DNA of 64,000 nucleotides from Candidatus Thorarchaeota archaeon (GTDB lineage Archaea; Asgardarchaeota; Thorarchaeia; Thorarchaeales; Thorarchaeaceae), in the NCBI GenBank assembly GCA_029855935.1, contig JAGSHN010000025.1, positions 147,135 through 211,134 of the forward strand, given 5' to 3'. Position 1 is the first letter of the stretch. Each line of letters starts with the position of its first letter. Below the pieces are notes generated by a model that saw only the letters and a program-made list of their open reading frames with translations, was not told the origin of the DNA and did not search any database. The position numbers and the translations under genes were made by a program. Shown piece by piece: positions 59,901 through 64,000 of this stretch.

Positions 59901-61184
59901 ATGACTATGGAGTCCCTTGAGAAGGCAGGCCTTGCCGTCAACTACAACAGGCTGGAGGAGACAAGGCCTGCCAGCCTCCCCCAGAAGGTCTTCATCTGGG
60001 ACGAGACCCTCAGAGACGGAGAACAGACACCCGGCGTTGTTCTATCTATGGATGAGAAGATAGAGATAGCAAAGCTACTTGACGAGGTTGGAGTCTCGGT
60101 CGTCGTGGTGGGCTATCCTGCTGTGAGCAGACACGAGATGGAGATAGTCTCAGGCATAGCCCGCGAGGGACTATCTCACGCAAGGGTTGGGGCACCGGCA
60201 CGGGCAGTCAAGGAAGACATTGACGCCTGTATCAAGGCCGATGTCCAGGAGATACCAATCTTCATTCCGACGACCGATTTCAGACTGAAATACCAGTTGC
60301 GGATGACGAGAGAACAGCTGCTAGACAGACTGGCCGAATGCGTCAGCTATGCAAAGGAACACGGTGTCACCGTGACATATATCGCCGAGGACTCGACCAG
60401 GAGCGACCTCGACTTTCTCTGTCAGGCATATCGTACAGCCATCGATGCCGGTGCCGACCGGATCTGCGTGGCCGACACCGTGGGTTTCGTCCGTCCGCGG
60501 GTGATGACGTACATAATGAGAGGAATCAAAGAGAGGCTGTGGACAGAGAGCCGATACAAGGTCCCGATAGCCGTCCACTGTCACAACGACTTTGGCCTCG
60601 CAACAGCGAACACGTTGGCCGCAATCGAGGAGGGCGCCACTTTCCCGCACGTCTGCGTCAATGGCTATGGTGAGCGTGCTGGCAACGCTGCTCTCGAGGA
60701 GGTCGTGATGGCACTCGAGGAGCTGTACGGTGTCGATACGGGCGTGAGGACGGAGAGTCTGTATCATCTCTGTCAGGTGGTGGAACGGGACTTTATGATT
60801 CCTCTACCTATACACAAGGCAATCTGTGGCGACAACGCCTTCACCCACTCAAGTGGCATTCATTCCCACGGACAACTCTCACACTCTATGACATACGAGC
60901 CAATCAACCCTAGGAGGGTGGGCCGCCGGAGGAGATTCCATCTGGGGAAGTTTGTGGGGAGAAGATTCATCGAACACCTGCTGAAGATGGGGGGCGTGAG
61001 GGCGACACCGGAGCAGGTGAAGGAGATAGCAACGAGAGTAAAGAGCGCTCACGAGAGCATGAAGGAACAGCAGTCAAACAAGGAGGCCTTCGACAGAATA
61101 AAGAGAGAACTCCGCGCTCTTCGGACCGAGGTCTCCGAGCGGGAGTTCTGGTCCATAGTCTTCGACGTCATTGTCAAGGACTAG
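59901..61184 (+). CDS. Homocitrate/isopropylmalate synthase family (AksA-like; no LeuA regulatory domain)
   Basis: DETLRDGEQ, ADTVG, HCHNDFGLATAN, GERAGN and AFTHSSGIH motifs. Confidence 0.9.
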   Translation: MTMESLEKAGLAVNYNRLEETRPASLPQKVFIWDETLRDGEQTPGVVLSMDEKIEIAKLLDEVGVSVVVVGYPAVSRHEMEIVSGIAREGLSHARVGAPARAVKEDIDACIKADVQEIPIFIPTTDFRLKYQLRMTREQLLDRLAECVSYAKEHGVTVTYIAEDSTRSDLDFLCQAYRTAIDAGADRICVADTVGFVRPRVMTYIMRGIKERLWTESRYKVPIAVHCHNDFGLATANTLAAIEEGATFPHVCVNGYGERAGNAALEEVVMALEELYGVDTGVRTESLYHLCQVVERDFMIPLPIHKAICGDNAFTHSSGIHSHGQLSHSMTYEPINPRRVGRRRRFHLGKFVGRRFIEHLLKMGGVRATPEQVKEIATRVKSAHESMKEQQSNKEAFDRIKRELRALRTEVSEREFWSIVFDVIVKD

Positions 61185-61950
61185 CCGAACCCTCGGCAGC
61201 GATTCGCCGTGCGAGACGCCTCCTCAGCAGAGTGCCAAGGTCAAGTATGACAGCGCCGAGAAGGAAGTCGATCCCGAAGACCAGCAGCACATCCGTTGTG
61301 GTGAACCAAGCCGAGTAGAGATAGTGCCATATCAGCTCAAAAGCCATGAACAGCAGTCCAACAAAGAAGCTGATGGCAATGCCAAAACGGAACAGGTCCG
61401 TGGCCACCCCCGCCTTCCGTGTGAGCTCTCCGAGATCGTATTGTCTAGCGGCGTCACCACCGTTGGTATGACTCTTTAGCACGGAGACCCGCACGAAGCG
61501 GCCTCTGGTGAGCTGCTCTCTTACGAAGTCGTCAAGACCAGTTAGGTCGAGAAACTCTATGGGTGTTTCAAGGACCGTCGAGATGACGTATTTGAACGCA
61601 ACACCACCGCTCAGTATCCCGAGTACCACGACGACTATTCCAAGTACCACGAACTGGACGACTGCGTAGACAGAGAGAACCACCGCGACTATGATGAAGA
61701 CACAGACTATCTCAACGATGCCTCCCGCACTCTCAACACCCCCCTCAAAGAGAAAAGAGAGTCTTGAGAGAACGGTCAGGTTGATGAAAGCACGGAAGAC
61801 ACGAGGGTCTTCTGCTGGTCGCAAGTGTCTGTTGAACGACTCCTTGACGTCGTCTCTCTTCCCCCCGTACACAACCACCCGTAGAACGTCCTGACTGAGT
61901 GCGGGGGGTGAATAGTCAGTTGATTCCGCTTGCACTGGCGTGCTACCCAC
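61174..61950 (-). CDS. Hypothetical membrane protein
   Basis: About 4 TM segments; start uncertain. Confidence 0.55.
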   Translation of the reverse strand: MGSTPVQAESTDYSPPALSQDVLRVVVYGGKRDDVKESFNRHLRPAEDPRVFRAFINLTVLSRLSFLFEGGVESAGGIVEIVCVFIIVAVVLSVYAVVQFVVLGIVVVVLGILSGGVAFKYVISTVLETPIEFLDLTGLDDFVREQLTRGRFVRVSVLKSHTNGGDAARQYDLGELTRKAGVATDLFRFGIAISFFVGLLFMAFELIWHYLYSAWFTTTDVLLVFGIDFLLGAVILDLGTLLRRRLARRIAAEGSASP

Positions 61951-62157
61951 CCATCCAGACGTAGCAGATGATGTTGAATAATCTTACTGTCATTGATGGC
62001 ACTGACCGTGGAGGCTGCGACACCCCATAGGCAGACGACTGGTGAAACACCCACGGACTGATTCGTCGACGCCCAGCCCTGCTCGTCATGCTATGGAGGA
62101 CCTTGACCGAATGTCTTTTTGACCTGTCGTGAGTGCCGGTAGTACGGTGCGTCACTC

Positions 62158-62691
62158 ATGGTAGTCTATGCCCTCGGAGATCTTGTTCCTGACATTGCAG
62201 ACACGGCGTACGTACATCCCCTGGCCTGTGTCATCGGCGACGTGAAGATAGGCGAACGCGTCTTCGTAGCGCCTCAGGCCTCAATAAGAGGCGACAACGG
62301 TCGGATTGAGATCGGCGACGAAACGAACATTCAGGACGGCGTTGTGATTCACTCGGATCCTGCATTTGTGACCCGTATTGGGAGGCGTGTCAACATAGGA
62401 CACAATGCCTCGATTCATAGTTCGTATATCGGTGATGGAGCGGCCATTGGGATGAGCGCCGTACTGATGGTCGGTAGTGTCGTTGCAGAGAACTGCCTGA
62501 TAGCCAACGCGGCACTGCTTCATCCCAAGACAGAGACCGAACCATACAGAGTCTATGCAGGCGTACCCGCTAGACTCCTCAGGGATCTCGGACCGGATGA
62601 CCCGGCAAGAAGGACGATTGAGAAATATGTTGAGACATACGTCCGACTGACCCTAGACTATCCCTCCCGCCTTGTCAAGATACGGGACTAG
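62158..62691 (+). CDS. Gamma-carbonic-anhydrase-like hexapeptide-repeat protein
   Basis: IGDV, RGD, NIQD, three Zn-type His residues and GVPA. Confidence 0.9.
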   Translation: MVVYALGDLVPDIADTAYVHPLACVIGDVKIGERVFVAPQASIRGDNGRIEIGDETNIQDGVVIHSDPAFVTRIGRRVNIGHNASIHSSYIGDGAAIGMSAVLMVGSVVAENCLIANAALLHPKTETEPYRVYAGVPARLLRDLGPDDPARRTIEKYVETYVRLTLDYPSRLVKIRD

Positions 62692-62703
62692 CCAGCCCGT
62701 TCG

Positions 62704-63426
62704 TCACCACGAGTCGGTGCCAGCCCGGGCCAGGTCGACCACCTCTGCTCCAAGTCGAGTCAGGTCAGGGTCGTTCCGAAGCCGATGGTTCAGGGCTCGG
62801 TCAAGGACTGAGACAGCGAGCACCGTCAGACGGAGCTCGCCCTGACCCCTCACATTGATGACAGACTTGAGCCAGAGGGATCTGGGTATCGATGAGACAA
62901 GCAACAGCACAGGAGAGAGGAGTATTGTGAGAAATAGCGCAACGAATGAGATCATCAGTAGGAGGTCGCCACTCTCAGCGACGGAAGTCGCGACTACGAA
63001 GTATGCTGATCCCGCGACGAGAGATAGGCCAATGATGGCCTCGGTCACAAGGTTATAGGAAACAGCTGGGCGGACAACGTCCGCTGACGTCTCCGAGTGG
63101 ATGATGATCCGACACCTGTGGAGGCGAAAGACGAGAACAAATACCGCACACAAGAGGACCTCAAGGACGACAGTCAGGCCCCAGTCGAAGCCCTCACGGA
63201 GTGCCCAGAACGCCACGAGTGCTACTGATACGGTGAACGTCACCATCTTGCCCACGGCCCTCTCGGCCATGAGCCGACTCAAAGCCGAGGGCAACTGCTC
63301 AAAGACGAACTCGTCATCCGTGTCGCGACCTGCAGTAACCATGGCAAGACATAAGCCATCGCGGGCCCTGATATACGCTTCCCACGCATGATGGAGCACC
63401 GCATCGTTTAACAGACGTGCTCTCAT
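62704..63426 (-). CDS. Hypothetical membrane protein
   Basis: About 4 TM segments; start uncertain. Confidence 0.5.
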   Translation of the reverse strand: MRARLLNDAVLHHAWEAYIRARDGLCLAMVTAGRDTDDEFVFEQLPSALSRLMAERAVGKMVTFTVSVALVAFWALREGFDWGLTVVLEVLLCAVFVLVFRLHRCRIIIHSETSADVVRPAVSYNLVTEAIIGLSLVAGSAYFVVATSVAESGDLLLMISFVALFLTILLSPVLLLVSSIPRSLWLKSVINVRGQGELRLTVLAVSVLDRALNHRLRNDPDLTRLGAEVVDLARAGTDSW

Positions 63427-63448
63427 TCCTAGAGCCGGAGGCAACAGG

Positions 63449-63823
63449 TTGCCCGAGTTCGATGTGAGATACTACTGCAACGTCTGCGGGGCTGGTCAAA
63501 CAGAGACAGTCGATATTCCTCCTGCGCCCAAGATGATACAGAGAGAGGTGACCTGCGAGAAGTGCGGTGACAAGACTCATCTCATTCTGACCTCTTGTCC
63601 GAACTGCGGGAGGACGTTCAAGCTCTTTGTCTCAGACCTTGACTTTGTTGGGGAGATACAACAGCTCTCAAACACCTATGTGAGGCTGATCGCGCAGATA
63701 CGGGACAGCCTTGCCGACTTTGTCAAGGAGTTCAGTGTCCCGGTGCCACGACGCTGGTCCGTCAGACTAAGCTGCAGCTGCGGACACGACTACGACGCGG
63801 AGATTCCATTGCGTCAGATCTGA
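63449..63823 (+). CDS. Small Cys-rich double zinc-binding protein
   Basis: CNVC, CEKC, CPNC and CSCGH motifs. Confidence 0.6.
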   Translation: MPEFDVRYYCNVCGAGQTETVDIPPAPKMIQREVTCEKCGDKTHLILTSCPNCGRTFKLFVSDLDFVGEIQQLSNTYVRLIAQIRDSLADFVKEFSVPVPRRWSVRLSCSCGHDYDAEIPLRQI

Positions 63824-64000
63824 GGCTTGCGGTCGAATCAGTCAGCCGTGTGTGGAATCCTCGGCCCGTAGACCGGATGAGGGGCCACTTCACGTCAGCC
63901 AATTGATGGAGAATCAATGGATGGCATCGAGCCGGCACGGTATCATATCAGACAGAGATGAGAGGAGTTGGGTGGCAGAGGCAAAGGGGTTGTGGTGGGA

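Noticed and set aside
63824-64000. Possible gene at the right edge
   Set aside because: Too little sequence to support a call.

Overview
A GC-rich archaeal chromosomal segment. Archaeal origin is supported by a group II chaperonin, an archaeal HMG-CoA synthase/thiolase/DUF35 cluster, ZPR1, DUF2070, DUF359, a TFIIB-type Zn ribbon and BRE/TATA promoters. Two longin-like domains, one on a giant Ig-like-repeat membrane protein, suggest an Asgard archaeon, possibly Thorarchaeia; this taxonomy is inference, not a database result. Most of the window is housekeeping or metabolic: a glycyl-radical enzyme, thermosome, TrxB, mevalonate entry enzymes, a CoaD-DPCK fusion, Nnr, NfnAB, a membrane pyrophosphatase, tRNA-Ala, a PadR-regulated heterodimeric ABC exporter, 2-oxoacid:ferredoxin oxidoreductase delta/alpha/beta, acyl-CoA dehydrogenase and an AksA/LeuA-like synthase. 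The most notable locus (22.7-29.0 kb) is a tightly coupled operon: a catalytically dead classic-clade AAA protein, an SMC with Smc5/6-type motifs, a kleisin and a KITE. It is followed by a TFIIB-ribbon/winged-helix gene and sits back-to-back with a MoxR-AAA plus metallopeptidase-VWA pair. The second highlight is a possible longin-based signalling pair: a surface receptor with a cytoplasmic longin domain and a soluble longin/winged-helix protein with NPRL2-like architecture. Several other apparent pseudo-enzymes occur (SAMHD1-like HD, HerA-like). I saw no integrase, transposase or CRISPR array. All family assignments come from motif recognition by eye.
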